Positions 48,792 to 58,833 of a stretch of DNA of 64,000 nt are shown piece by piece. The DNA is taken from the NCBI GenBank assembly GCA_018992685.1, contig JACVGT010000014.1, forward strand, positions 1 to 64,000, read 5' to 3'. This stretch comes from Theionarchaea archaeon (GTDB lineage: Archaea > Methanobacteriota_B > Thermococci > Methanofastidiosales > SZ-28-30). The first letter of the stretch is position 1; every line of letters starts with the position of its first letter. The translations under genes were made by a program, and so were the position numbers. The notes below the pieces were generated by a model that made no database searches, had not been told where the DNA came from, and saw only the letters and a program-made list of their open reading frames with translations.

Positions 48792-50760
48792 ACCTCGAAT
48801 CGGAGTGTATGTGTGCCATTGCGGCTTGAACATTGGTGCAGTTGTGGATGTTGCTGCTGTGGCTCAATATGCCCAGACGCTTCCTGGCGTGGTGGTTTCA
48901 AGAGAATCAACCTACACATGCAGCGACAATGGTCAGAGATCTATCCAGGAAGACATCGAGAACCACAACCTGAGTCGGGTGGTGGTGGCTTCCTGCAGTC
49001 CGCGCATGCATGGCGATACCTTCATGAAGACCTGTGAGACTGCAGGGCTGAACCCGTACCTTTTTGAGATGGTCAATATCAGAGAGCAATGTTCATGGGT
49101 GCACACTGATAAAGAACAGGCCACAGAGAAGGCCAAAGACTTGGTGAGAATGGCAGTTGCCAAAGTACGATTACTGGAACCCTTAGAAAAGCAGAAATCT
49201 GCCGTCAACAAGGCTGCACTGGTGATTGGAGGAGGAGTGGCCGGTATTTTCTCTGCTTTGTACCTGGCAAATGCAGGAATTAAAACATACGTTGTTGAGA
49301 AAAAGCCGTCTATTGGAGGACACATGGCTCAACTGGACAAGACATTCCCCACCCTGGACTGTAGTCTGTGCATTCTTTCTCCAAGAATGGCAGATATAGG
49401 AAAACATGAAAATATCGAACTCATTACCTATGCAGATATTGAGAATATTTCAGGATACGCGGGGAATTTTCAGGTTACGGTGAAAAGCAACCCACGCTAT
49501 GTCATAAAGGAGAACTGCCGACTGTGCGGTGTGTGTGCGGAAAAATGTCCTATCTCGCTGCCCGATGAGTTCAACATGGGATTGAAGAAAAGGAAAGCAG
49601 TGTACATACCTTTCCCGCAGGCAGTTCCGAATTACTACCTCATCGATGCTGGTCACTGTTTACACATTACCAAGGGAGGATGCATGCTGTGCCAGAAAAA
49701 CTGTCCCAATGATGCCATTGATTTTGAAGAGACAGAAGCAGTGAGAGAGCTCAATGTGGGCGCCATCATTGTGGCCACGGGATTTGAGCTGTATGATGCT
49801 ACCCAGAAGAAGGAGTACGGATACGGGAGGTATCCCAATGTCATCACCAACATGGACTTCGAAAGGTGGGTGAGTGCAGATGGCCCTACCCACGGCAAGG
49901 TTGTGAGGCCTTCAGACGGAGCCCCCCCTCAGAGGATTGGGTTCATCCAGTGTGTCGGATCCCGAGACGAGAAGGAGGGAGCAGTCTACTGCTCTCGTAT
50001 CTGCTGCATGGCAACGGTAAAGCAGGCCACGATGCTCAGGGAGAAGTACCCCTCAGCTGAAATATATGTGTACTACACTGACATGCGAACTCCTGGCAAA
50101 GGGTTTGAAGAATTTTACCAGAGAGGACGTGAGCATGGGATTGTATTCATCAGAGGAAAGCCAGGGGAAATTGAAGAAGATGACAATCACAATCTCCTTA
50201 TCGTGTCAGAGGACACCGATTCCGGGCTCATCCTGCGCAACACCTTGGACCTTGTGGTGTTGGCATGTGGACTTCGGCCACCTGAGGCGTTGGAAGAACT
50301 TGCACAGAAGTTGCATTTATCGCGAAGCCCTGACGGATTCATTATGGAGGCGCATCCCAAATTGCGTCCTGCAGAAACAAGTATCTCTGGAGTATTCCTG
50401 ACTGGATGTGTTCAATTCCCCAAAGATATTCCAGATACGGTGGCACAATCAGGAGGAGCCGCCGCTATGGCCGCGGCCCTGTTGACGAAAGATGAGATCG
50501 AACTTGAGCCAGTAAGGGCAGCGGTGGACGAAGAACTGTGTATCGGGTGTGGATTGTGCGAGGAAAACTGCGACTATGGGGCCATTGAGGTAAAGAAAAC
50601 AGAAGAAGGAATGAAGGCCCAGGTCATTGAAGTAGCCTGCCAGGGATGCGGTGTCTGTGCAGCCAGCTGTCCTCAGAAAGCAGTGACAGTCCGTCACTTC
50701 ACAGATGGTCAGCTGCTGGCCCAGGTCACTGCTGCTCTAGAACCTGAGGTGATCGTGTGA
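48778..50760 (+). CDS. hdrA: Heterodisulfide reductase subunit A
   Basis: IGVYVCHCG, GGGVAG, LDKTFPTLDC, CVGSRD and CSRICC motifs; ferredoxin inserts. Confidence 0.95.
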   Translation: MSKSEPRIGVYVCHCGLNIGAVVDVAAVAQYAQTLPGVVVSRESTYTCSDNGQRSIQEDIENHNLSRVVVASCSPRMHGDTFMKTCETAGLNPYLFEMVNIREQCSWVHTDKEQATEKAKDLVRMAVAKVRLLEPLEKQKSAVNKAALVIGGGVAGIFSALYLANAGIKTYVVEKKPSIGGHMAQLDKTFPTLDCSLCILSPRMADIGKHENIELITYADIENISGYAGNFQVTVKSNPRYVIKENCRLCGVCAEKCPISLPDEFNMGLKKRKAVYIPFPQAVPNYYLIDAGHCLHITKGGCMLCQKNCPNDAIDFEETEAVRELNVGAIIVATGFELYDATQKKEYGYGRYPNVITNMDFERWVSADGPTHGKVVRPSDGAPPQRIGFIQCVGSRDEKEGAVYCSRICCMATVKQATMLREKYPSAEIYVYYTDMRTPGKGFEEFYQRGREHGIVFIRGKPGEIEEDDNHNLLIVSEDTDSGLILRNTLDLVVLACGLRPPEALEELAQKLHLSRSPDGFIMEAHPKLRPAETSISGVFLTGCVQFPKDIPDTVAQSGGAAAMAAALLTKDEIELEPVRAAVDEELCIGCGLCEENCDYGAIEVKKTEEGMKAQVIEVACQGCGVCAASCPQKAVTVRHFTDGQLLAQVTAALEPEVIV

Positions 50761-51497
50761 CATTTTCTCCTAGGATTGTAGGGTTCATGTGTAACTGGTG
50801 TTCGTATGCAGGAGCTGATCTGGCTGGAATTTCGAGGATAAAATATGCTCCCAATCTGAGGATTATCAGAGTGCTGTGTTCCGGGCGAGTTGACCCTTAC
50901 GTAGTTCTGACCGCATTCCAAAAGGGTGCAGACGGCGTTCTGGTTGCAGGGTGCCACCCTGGAGACTGCCACTACATATCAGGGAACTACCAGGCAGAAA
51001 AGAAAATGAAAGCGACATGGAAGATATTGAGCAAAGCAGGGATTGATCAAGAAAGACTGGGACTGGAATGGATTTCTGCAGCAGAAGGTCAGCGATTTGC
51101 TGACGTTGTCAACTCGTTTACTCAACTGATTACTGAGTTGGGACCGCTTCAGGCTGATCCGCAGAAGATTGCCTCGGCCAAGGAAGAGACTGCAGATTTC
51201 AGAATTAGGTGGCTGGTGGGAAGAGAAAAAGACTTGCTGGAAGAGGGAAATGTGTTTGGCGAACCTGTAGAAGAAGCAGTGTTTGAGACCCTTCTGGATG
51301 ATGTTGTTTCTGCCCAATACATCAGGAATTCTATTCTCACCGTGCTCAAGGAACAGTCTATGTCAGCCAAAGAACTGGCAGAAACTCTTGAAATTCCTTC
51401 TCACGTGGTTGTGGAGCATTTGATTCACCTGCGGAGAGGGCAGAAGGTGCACATGGTTGAAGGTCATCCCATTCGGTACGAGGTGAGCGCATGGTAG
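50757..51497 (+). CDS. mvhD: MvhD-like [2Fe-2S] protein fused to a C-terminal winged-helix domain
   Basis: CNWCSY, CSGRVDP and GCHPGDCHY; extra C-terminal SAKELAETLEIPSHVVVEHL HTH-like segment. Confidence 0.85.
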   Translation: MTFSPRIVGFMCNWCSYAGADLAGISRIKYAPNLRIIRVLCSGRVDPYVVLTAFQKGADGVLVAGCHPGDCHYISGNYQAEKKMKATWKILSKAGIDQERLGLEWISAAEGQRFADVVNSFTQLITELGPLQADPQKIASAKEETADFRIRWLVGREKDLLEEGNVFGEPVEEAVFETLLDDVVSAQYIRNSILTVLKEQSMSAKELAETLEIPSHVVVEHLIHLRRGQKVHMVEGHPIRYEVSAW

Positions 51498-54460
51498 GTT
51501 CCATAATGGTTGTAGGAGGAGGAATTGCAGGAATGCAGGCCTCCCTGGATCTGGCAGATTCTGGATTTCGAGTATACCTGGTGGATAAAGCACCCACTAT
51601 TGGTGGAGTGATGGCTCAGCTGGACAAAACCTTCCCCACACTGGACTGCTCCATGTGTATCATGGCTCCCAAGCTCGTGGCCACCGGGAGGCACCACAAT
51701 ATCCATCTGCTTACCAATGCAGTGATCACCAATGTGGAGGGAACCCCAGGCAACTTCACCGTAACGGTGACAATGAAGCCCCGTTACGTAAACGCGGAGA
51801 AATGCACAGGATGCGGACTGTGTGCCCAGTACTGCCCTGTAGAAGCAGTAAATGAATATGATGAACGACTGACGTTGCGCAGAGGTATCTACGTGGACTA
51901 TCCTCAGGCAGTCCCGTTGGTATATGCGATAGACAGAGAGAAGTGCATTGGATGCGGATTGTGTGAGAATATTTGCCAGGCTGAAGCCATTGAATATCAT
52001 CAGACTCCTGAAGAAGAACAGGTGAATGTAGGTGCCATTATTCTGGCGGCAGGATTTGACGAATTTGAACCTGATACCAAGAAGGAATATGGGTACGGCA
52101 GGTTCAAGAATGTGGTGACTGCCACTGAATTCGAGCGCATCCTCAGTGCTTCAGGTCCCTTTGCAGGACACGTGGTGAGGCCTTCTGATGGTGAAGTCCC
52201 GGGGAGAATAGCATTCTTGCAGTGCGTGGGGTCCAGAGATGAAAACAGCAACAAGTATTGCTCTGCCGTGTGCTGCATGTATGCCACAAAGGAAGCTATT
52301 ATTGCCAAAGAACACAACCCCGACCTTGAGGCAACAATCTTTTTCATGGACATGCGTACCTACGGGAAAGGGTTTGAACAGTTCTACAAGAGAGCCCAGT
52401 CTGAATACGGTCTCAGATACACGAGAAGCCGCGTCCCCTGTATTGAAGCAGACCCCGAAACTCAAAACCTCCTTCTTACCTATGAAACAGAAGATGGTAC
52501 CATAACTAAAGAAGAATTTGACATGGTGGTCCTCTCAGTGGGGTTGGAGCCGCCAAAATCCAATCAAGAGCTGAGCAGCATTTTCGGTGTTCCTCTGAAT
52601 GAATATGGGTTCCTAGACTGGAAAATATTTGAACCCCTCAAGGCAAAGGACGGCATATATGCATGCGGAGCCTTCTCTGGACCAAAAGACATTCCTGATA
52701 CTGTGGCGCAGGCATCAGGAGCAGCAGCTATGGCATCAGGCGTAGTCTCCGGAGAACGGGGCACTCTCGTGGAAGAAAAGGTCTATCCTGAGGAGCTGGA
52801 CGTTGCGGAACAGCCGCCCCGAATTGGTGTTTTCGTGTGCTGGTGCGGTATCAATATAGGTGGCATTGTCAATGTGCCCGAGGTGATGGAGTATGCCTCC
52901 ACCCTCCCCAATGTGGTGTTCGTCGACCAGAATCTGTATACATGTTCACAGGATACGCAGGAGAAGATCAAACAGGCAGTGGAAGAGCACAGCCTGAACC
53001 GTGTGGTTGTTGCGTCCTGTACACCGCGAACACACGAACCGCTGTTCCAGAGCACTATTCGGGAAGCTGGGCTGAACCCGTATCTCTTTGAGATGACAAA
53101 CATTAGAGACCAATGTTCCTGGGTTCACATGCACACTCCAGAAGAAGCTACAGAAAAGGCAAAGGACCTGGTGAGAATGGCGGTAGCCAAATCCAATCTA
53201 CTGGAGCCATTGAAGAGTTCGTCAGTTGAGGTCACTCAGTCTGGACTGGTCATTGGAGGCGGTATTGCGGGAATGACAGCAGCTCTGGGCCTGGCTCAAC
53301 AGGGATTCACTGTCCACCTGGTAGAAAAGGAGGATCATCTGGGAGGGCTGCTGCGTGACATACGCTACACGGTGAGCGGGGAAGACCCCCAGGAGTATTT
53401 GACAGGTCTGGAACAGAGTCTCAGAGATCATCCCAATGTCACCATCCACACACAAGCAGTTGTGGAGAAAGTTGAGGGATATGTGGGGAACTTCACCACC
53501 ACACTGTCCTCAGGAGAGGAAATCAACCATGGAATCTGCGTTATAGCTGTAGGAGGGCAAGAGCACAAGCCCACCAGTTATCTGTATGGCGAGGACAAGA
53601 GAGTCATCACCCAGCTGGAATTTGAGGATATGCTCTCCAAAGGAGTGAAGGCCAAGACTGTGGTGATGATAAATTGTGTGGAATCCAGAGATGACACCAA
53701 GGAATACTGCTCCAGGGTATGCTGTTCAGAAGCTGTGAAAAATGCTTTACAGCTGAGAGAACAGAATCCAGACGCAACCATATATATTCTGTACAGGGAC
53801 ATGAGAACCTACGCGTTCAGAGAGCAGTACTATGACAAGGCACGGGAAGCAGGTGTCGTATTCATGAGGTATGATCCAGAGACAAAACCTCGACTGGAAA
53901 AGAAAGACAAATCGTTGGTGTTATACGCGCACGATTCTGCTCTGGATCTTGACTTTGAACTGCATCCCGACCTGGTTGTACTGTCTACAGGAGTATCTCC
54001 CTATGACAACTCAGCGCTCTCTCAGATGCTCAAAGTCCCTCTTGACAGAGACGGGTTCTTCTTGGAAGCCCACATGAAACTGCGCCCGGTGGATTTTGCC
54101 ACAGACGGGGTATTCATGGCAGGGCTGGCACATTCTCCCAAGTTCATTGATGAGACGATTTCTCAGGCTTTTGGAACAGTTGCCCGGGCTTGTACCATCG
54201 TCTCAAAAGAGAGAATAGAGACAGAGCCAATCATTGCAGAAGTTGATGAAGAACTCTGCTGCGGGTGCCAGGTATGTATACCAATGTGCCCGTATAATGC
54301 ACGTGAATTAGATGAGGAGGAGAAGATAGTCAAGGTCAACGAAGTGCTCTGCAAAGGGTGCGGTTCGTGTGTTGCTGCATGTCCCTCCAAGGCAGCTCAG
54401 CAGAGACACTTCCGTGACAGCCAATTAAGTTCCATGATTGAGGCCTTTGTGAGGCGATAA
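51491..54460 (+). CDS. hdrA: Large HdrA-like flavo-iron-sulfur protein (two FAD-binding modules)
   Basis: Two GGGIAG motifs; internal IGVFVCWCG domain; CSAVCC and CSRVCC; ferredoxin motifs. Confidence 0.9.
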   Translation: MVGSIMVVGGGIAGMQASLDLADSGFRVYLVDKAPTIGGVMAQLDKTFPTLDCSMCIMAPKLVATGRHHNIHLLTNAVITNVEGTPGNFTVTVTMKPRYVNAEKCTGCGLCAQYCPVEAVNEYDERLTLRRGIYVDYPQAVPLVYAIDREKCIGCGLCENICQAEAIEYHQTPEEEQVNVGAIILAAGFDEFEPDTKKEYGYGRFKNVVTATEFERILSASGPFAGHVVRPSDGEVPGRIAFLQCVGSRDENSNKYCSAVCCMYATKEAIIAKEHNPDLEATIFFMDMRTYGKGFEQFYKRAQSEYGLRYTRSRVPCIEADPETQNLLLTYETEDGTITKEEFDMVVLSVGLEPPKSNQELSSIFGVPLNEYGFLDWKIFEPLKAKDGIYACGAFSGPKDIPDTVAQASGAAAMASGVVSGERGTLVEEKVYPEELDVAEQPPRIGVFVCWCGINIGGIVNVPEVMEYASTLPNVVFVDQNLYTCSQDTQEKIKQAVEEHSLNRVVVASCTPRTHEPLFQSTIREAGLNPYLFEMTNIRDQCSWVHMHTPEEATEKAKDLVRMAVAKSNLLEPLKSSSVEVTQSGLVIGGGIAGMTAALGLAQQGFTVHLVEKEDHLGGLLRDIRYTVSGEDPQEYLTGLEQSLRDHPNVTIHTQAVVEKVEGYVGNFTTTLSSGEEINHGICVIAVGGQEHKPTSYLYGEDKRVITQLEFEDMLSKGVKAKTVVMINCVESRDDTKEYCSRVCCSEAVKNALQLREQNPDATIYILYRDMRTYAFREQYYDKAREAGVVFMRYDPETKPRLEKKDKSLVLYAHDSALDLDFELHPDLVVLSTGVSPYDNSALSQMLKVPLDRDGFFLEAHMKLRPVDFATDGVFMAGLAHSPKFIDETISQAFGTVARACTIVSKERIETEPIIAEVDEELCCGCQVCIPMCPYNARELDEEEKIVKVNEVLCKGCGSCVAACPSKAAQQRHFRDSQLSSMIEAFVRR

Positions 54461-54462
54461 CC

Positions 54463-54873
54463 ATGTATGAACCAAAAATTATCGGATTCTTGTGTAACTG
54501 GTGTTCATATGCAGCTGCAGATCTGGCGGGGACTTCCAGGATACAGTATCCATCCAACATGAGAGCGATCCGGGTTATGTGTTCCAGCAGGGTGGACCCT
54601 GAACATGTGCTGCGGGCATTTGTCAACGGCGCAGACGGCGTTCTGATTGCAGGATGTCACCCCGGTGACTGCCACTACATCTCAGGTAACTACAAAACAG
54701 AAAGGAAATATGTGCTGCTGCGCGAGATGTTGGAGCAGTTCGGCATTGACCCACGCAGGCTGAGGCTGGAGTGGTGTTCTTCTGCTGAAGGTGGAAAGTT
54801 CGCGCAGGTAGTGACGGAGATGACTGAAGAACTGAAAACTCTTGGACCAATAGAACTGGGAGCTGGTGATTGA
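54463..54873 (+). CDS. mvhD: Hydrogenase iron-sulfur subunit MvhD
   Basis: CNWCSY and GCHPGDCHY motifs. Confidence 0.95.
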   Translation: MYEPKIIGFLCNWCSYAAADLAGTSRIQYPSNMRAIRVMCSSRVDPEHVLRAFVNGADGVLIAGCHPGDCHYISGNYKTERKYVLLREMLEQFGIDPRRLRLEWCSSAEGGKFAQVVTEMTEELKTLGPIELGAGD

Positions 54874-55848
54874 ATGGATAAGCTAAAGTTTGCTTTCTAT
54901 TGGGCCGCCTCTTGCGGCGGCTGTGAAATCGCTGTTCTGGATATTGATGAGAAGATACTGAATGTCGTTGAAAAAGCAGACATTGTCTTCTGGCCAGTGG
55001 CACTTGACACCAAGTACAAAGATGTAGAGGCATTCCAAGACAAGTACATTGATGTGTGTTTCTTCAATGGTGCTATTAGAACCAGCGAACATGAGGAAAT
55101 GGCCCATCTGCTCCGTGCGAAATCCAAGACATTGGTTGCATTTGGAGCCTGTGCCTGTTTTGGAGGAATACCAGGGCTGGCCAATGTTTCTGACAGAGAC
55201 GAGATCTTTGATCTGGTATACAGAGAGTTACCGTCCGTATCCAACCCGGACAAGACGACACCTCAGCTCACCTACACAGCTCCCGAGGGGGAGTTGACTC
55301 TCCCACAATTCTTCGATACAGTCAAGGCTCTACACCAGGTCTGTGACGTAGATTACTTTTTGCCTGGGTGTCCTCCCACCCCGGAGATGATCGAACAGGC
55401 GGTTACTGCGATTTTTGAGGGAACTCTACCTTCAAAAGGAAGTACCTTAGCACCTGAAAAAGCGTTGTGTGAAGAGTGCCCCTTGGAAATCCAAGAGAAA
55501 AAAATCCCTTTTATCAAGCGCCCCTACCAGGTCACACCTGATGGAAAAAGGTGCCTGTTGGAACAGGGTGTCATTTGTATGGGCATCAATACCAGAGCAG
55601 GGTGTGGAGCCAGGTGCATCAAAGCCAACATGCCGTGCAGAGGATGCATGGGTCCGACTCCTGAGGTGGCTGATCAGGGAGCAAAACTGGTATCTGCCAT
55701 TGCTTCCATTCTGGGTGTGGAAGGAGAAGAACGCATGACGGAAAAGGAAATTGAAGCCCTGATAGCCCAGATAAAGGATCCACTCGGAACATTCTACCGG
55801 TACACCTTACCAATTTCTCTGTTAAGAAGAAAGGTGATAAAAAAATGA
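54874..55848 (+). CDS. mvhG: [NiFe] hydrogenase small subunit MvhG
   Basis: SCGGC, GACA.FGG, PGCPP and CRGCMGP motifs. Confidence 0.95.
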   Translation: MDKLKFAFYWAASCGGCEIAVLDIDEKILNVVEKADIVFWPVALDTKYKDVEAFQDKYIDVCFFNGAIRTSEHEEMAHLLRAKSKTLVAFGACACFGGIPGLANVSDRDEIFDLVYRELPSVSNPDKTTPQLTYTAPEGELTLPQFFDTVKALHQVCDVDYFLPGCPPTPEMIEQAVTAIFEGTLPSKGSTLAPEKALCEECPLEIQEKKIPFIKRPYQVTPDGKRCLLEQGVICMGINTRAGCGARCIKANMPCRGCMGPTPEVADQGAKLVSAIASILGVEGEERMTEKEIEALIAQIKDPLGTFYRYTLPISLLRRKVIKK

Positions 55849-57299
55849 ATCGAGTTACCATTAATCCTATCACTCGCCTGGAAGGGCATGGTAAAATTGA
55901 GATATTCCTTGATAGCAAGGGAAATGTGGAGAATGCCTATCTGCAGATTCCTGAATTGCGCGGATTTGAACGGTTCTGCCAAGGAAGGCCTGGGGAGGAA
56001 CTGCCCAGAATTACTCCTCGAATCTGTGGTGTGTGTCCCACTGCTCATCACATGGCATCTGCAAAAGCACTGGATGCAGCCTTTAATGTGGAGCCGACAC
56101 CCACTGCTAAGAAATTGAGAGAACTCATGTATGCAGGATACTATGTATATGATCACACTCTTCACTTCTACTATCTGGGTGGTCCTGACTTCATTGTGGG
56201 GCCTCAAGCCCCGGCTGCAGAACGAAATATTCTTGGCGTTATCAACAAGGTGGGACTTGACATTGCAAAAGAAGTGATCAAGCACAGAAGCTACGGACAA
56301 AAAGTCATTGAAATCCTGGGAGGAAAAGCCACTCATCCTGTTTCAGCACTCCCGGGAGGGATATCTAAAGGGCTGACAGAAGAGGAAAGGGCCAGCATTG
56401 AAGAAATGGCCAGGTCTTCTGTCAAGTTTGCAGCGTTTTCTCTAGAAACCTTTGACAACATTGTCCTCAAGAACAAGGAATATGTTGATTTGATTACTTC
56501 AGATGCCTATACCATGAGAACATATTACATGGGGCTTGTTGACGAGAACAACAAGGTCAACTTCTACGATGGAAAGATAAGAGTTGTGGATCCCACTGGG
56601 AAGGAGTACATCAAGTTTGATGCTTCAGACTACCTCACACACATTGCAGAACATGTGGAACCCTGGTCGTACATCAAATTCCCTTACCTGAAAGGGGTAG
56701 GATGGAAAGGGTTTGTAGATGGCGTAGACTCTGGAGTGTACCGGGTTGCCCCATTGGCAAGACTCAATGCTGCACAGGGAATGGCCACACCATTGGCCCA
56801 GGAAGCATATGAGAAGATGATGGAAACGCTGGGTTCCCCTGTCCACCATACGCTTGCCACACACTGGGCCCGCCTCATTGAGCTTCAATATGCAGCAGAA
56901 CGCCTGCTGGAGTTGGCCCAGGATGAAGACATCACTTCCAAAGACATACGAGCTGAGCCGGGAGAACCCGGTGAAGGAGTGGGGGTTGTCGAAGCAGCTC
57001 GTGGAACCTTATTCCATCATTACAAGCTGGACAAAGACGGGCTCGCCGAAAGTGTCAACCTCATAGTTGCCACCGTAAACAATGGACCCGCCATAAACAT
57101 GTCAGTAAGAGATGCAGCAAAAGGACTCATAAAAGAGGGTAAGGTATCTGATGGGTTGCTGAACATGGTAGAAATGGCCTTCAGGTCATATGACCCCTGC
57201 TTTGGCTGTGCTACCCATTTCCTCCCTGGAGAAATGCCACTACAGGTGAGAATTCACAGAATCGACGGAACAGTTCAAACTCTTGAACGGAATCTCTAA
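55845..57299 (+). CDS. mvhA: [NiFe] hydrogenase large subunit MvhA (group 3c)
   Basis: TRLEGH, RICGVC and YDPCFGCATH plus a cleavable C-terminal extension. Confidence 0.95.
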   Translation: MNRVTINPITRLEGHGKIEIFLDSKGNVENAYLQIPELRGFERFCQGRPGEELPRITPRICGVCPTAHHMASAKALDAAFNVEPTPTAKKLRELMYAGYYVYDHTLHFYYLGGPDFIVGPQAPAAERNILGVINKVGLDIAKEVIKHRSYGQKVIEILGGKATHPVSALPGGISKGLTEEERASIEEMARSSVKFAAFSLETFDNIVLKNKEYVDLITSDAYTMRTYYMGLVDENNKVNFYDGKIRVVDPTGKEYIKFDASDYLTHIAEHVEPWSYIKFPYLKGVGWKGFVDGVDSGVYRVAPLARLNAAQGMATPLAQEAYEKMMETLGSPVHHTLATHWARLIELQYAAERLLELAQDEDITSKDIRAEPGEPGEGVGVVEAARGTLFHHYKLDKDGLAESVNLIVATVNNGPAINMSVRDAAKGLIKEGKVSDGLLNMVEMAFRSYDPCFGCATHFLPGEMPLQVRIHRIDGTVQTLERNL

Positions 57300-57413
57300 T
57301 CTCTTTTTTCCTCTGTTTTCTTATTCAATCTCTCGGATGGCTCGTCTCTTGTTCTACATGAACCTGTGAGACACAGGCAAATTTCGTAAGTTTGACAATG
57401 TGGTAAAGTTTAT

Positions 57414-57815
57414 ATGGTACAAAAACACTGGACAGCGATGTTTCGATGGCATGAATTCAGACCAGATGAGAAGGGAATTGAGAAGGTGTTGAGCCCTCTG
57501 GAATCTGAGATCATGCAGATTATGTGGGATGAGAAGATATCTGTGGCTCGGGATATCTATGAGATCATGAAAAAAAAGGAAAAGAAGACCCGCAGATCTA
57601 CAATCAGCATCATGATGAACCGGCTGCGCGAACGGGGGCTTCTGGAGAGACAGCCGGAGACAGGAAAAGGGGGAGAACGATATGTCTACACCGTCAGAGT
57701 AACACGGGAAGAGTTTTCCCGTGCAGTGGTGGAAAAGGTAATGAGCAGTCTCACAGAAGCGTTCCAGGATGCCACGGTGAGGTATGTGAGAAACCATCTT
57801 TCTGATAAGATTTAA
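57414..57815 (+). CDS. BlaI/MecI/CopY family transcriptional regulator
   Basis: LSPLESEIMQIMW...STI...NRL..RGLLER. Confidence 0.9.
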   Translation: MVQKHWTAMFRWHEFRPDEKGIEKVLSPLESEIMQIMWDEKISVARDIYEIMKKKEKKTRRSTISIMMNRLRERGLLERQPETGKGGERYVYTVRVTREEFSRAVVEKVMSSLTEAFQDATVRYVRNHLSDKI

Positions 57816-57943
57816 GGCACAAACTCAAGGAGAAAAAAAGGGTGGGTCTGCAGGAATCTCAGGTTTAGTCGACATGGGGTTTGGATCCACAATCGAAATG
57901 CGGTTAACTGCTAGCAAAAGTGCTTTAGAATGAGGAGACTCTA

Positions 57944-58753
57944 ATGAATTGTGTTGTGATAAGATATGGAGAGATAGGCACCAAGTCGAGGCGGACTCGC
58001 AGGCGATGGGAAAGCATATTCATGAAGAATATTAGGAGCGCATTGGAAGCAAACAATGTTGAATTCAGCTCCATTGAAAACCCCAGAGGCAGAATCATCG
58101 TTGCCACCAGAGATCCGAGGGCAGTCGACGTGATAAAGGATGTCTTTGGAATTTCGTCAATTTCGTTTGCCACACGAGGGAGTCTTGATCTGAAAGACAT
58201 GAAAGAAAAAGCGTGGGAGTTCTACAGGAGGTTCGGAAAAGGAGGTACCTTCCGCATTTCTACACAGAGGCTGGACAAGCAGTTTCCCCTAACATCCCAG
58301 GAGGTTAGTGCAGAAGTGGGAGCCTTTATTGCCTGCAGGCATGTCTCTGTTGACCTCACAAATGCTGATGTTGACATTGGCATCGAGATCCTGAGTGATG
58401 CTGCCTACTTTTTTGTGGATCGTATTTCAGCTTACGGAGGAATTCCGGTGGGAATACAGGGGAAAGTGTTAATTCATCTCACAGACAGGAGATCTGCAGT
58501 GGCTGCATGGATGATGTTGAAGCGGGGATGTGGGCTGGTGGTACACGGAGATGAGGAGATCGGTTTCCGCCTTGGACGATTTTCATACGGGTGTCCTATC
58601 ACCAAGCTTCTGGACTCACAGAAAGCAAAGAGTGTTCTTGCTGTGGTCTTTTCTGAGTTCCATCCAGAGAAAAGAGACATTCCAAGTTTCTATCCACTTC
58701 TAGGACTGAAAGAAAGCCAGATACAAGAAATTTCGGAAGACATTTTTAGATAG
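57944..58753 (+). CDS. ThiI-like THUMP-domain protein with degenerate PP-loop
   Basis: IRYGEIGTKS, VFGI.S, R.DK.FP.TS and GGIPVGIQGK motifs; no SGGxDS. Confidence 0.82.
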   Translation: MNCVVIRYGEIGTKSRRTRRRWESIFMKNIRSALEANNVEFSSIENPRGRIIVATRDPRAVDVIKDVFGISSISFATRGSLDLKDMKEKAWEFYRRFGKGGTFRISTQRLDKQFPLTSQEVSAEVGAFIACRHVSVDLTNADVDIGIEILSDAAYFFVDRISAYGGIPVGIQGKVLIHLTDRRSAVAAWMMLKRGCGLVVHGDEEIGFRLGRFSYGCPITKLLDSQKAKSVLAVVFSEFHPEKRDIPSFYPLLGLKESQIQEISEDIFR

Positions 58754-58833
58754 AAGAATCGACACATGAACAGCTCATGTGGGATTTCACTGAAAAACAA
58801 ATAAAAAGTAGAAAAGGAAAATTGAGAGTTAAA

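Noticed and set aside
47416-57299. Selenocysteine recoding in Hdr/Mvh subunits
   Set aside because: All ORFs are open with Cys at the positions where Sec occurs in some methanogens; no in-frame TGA
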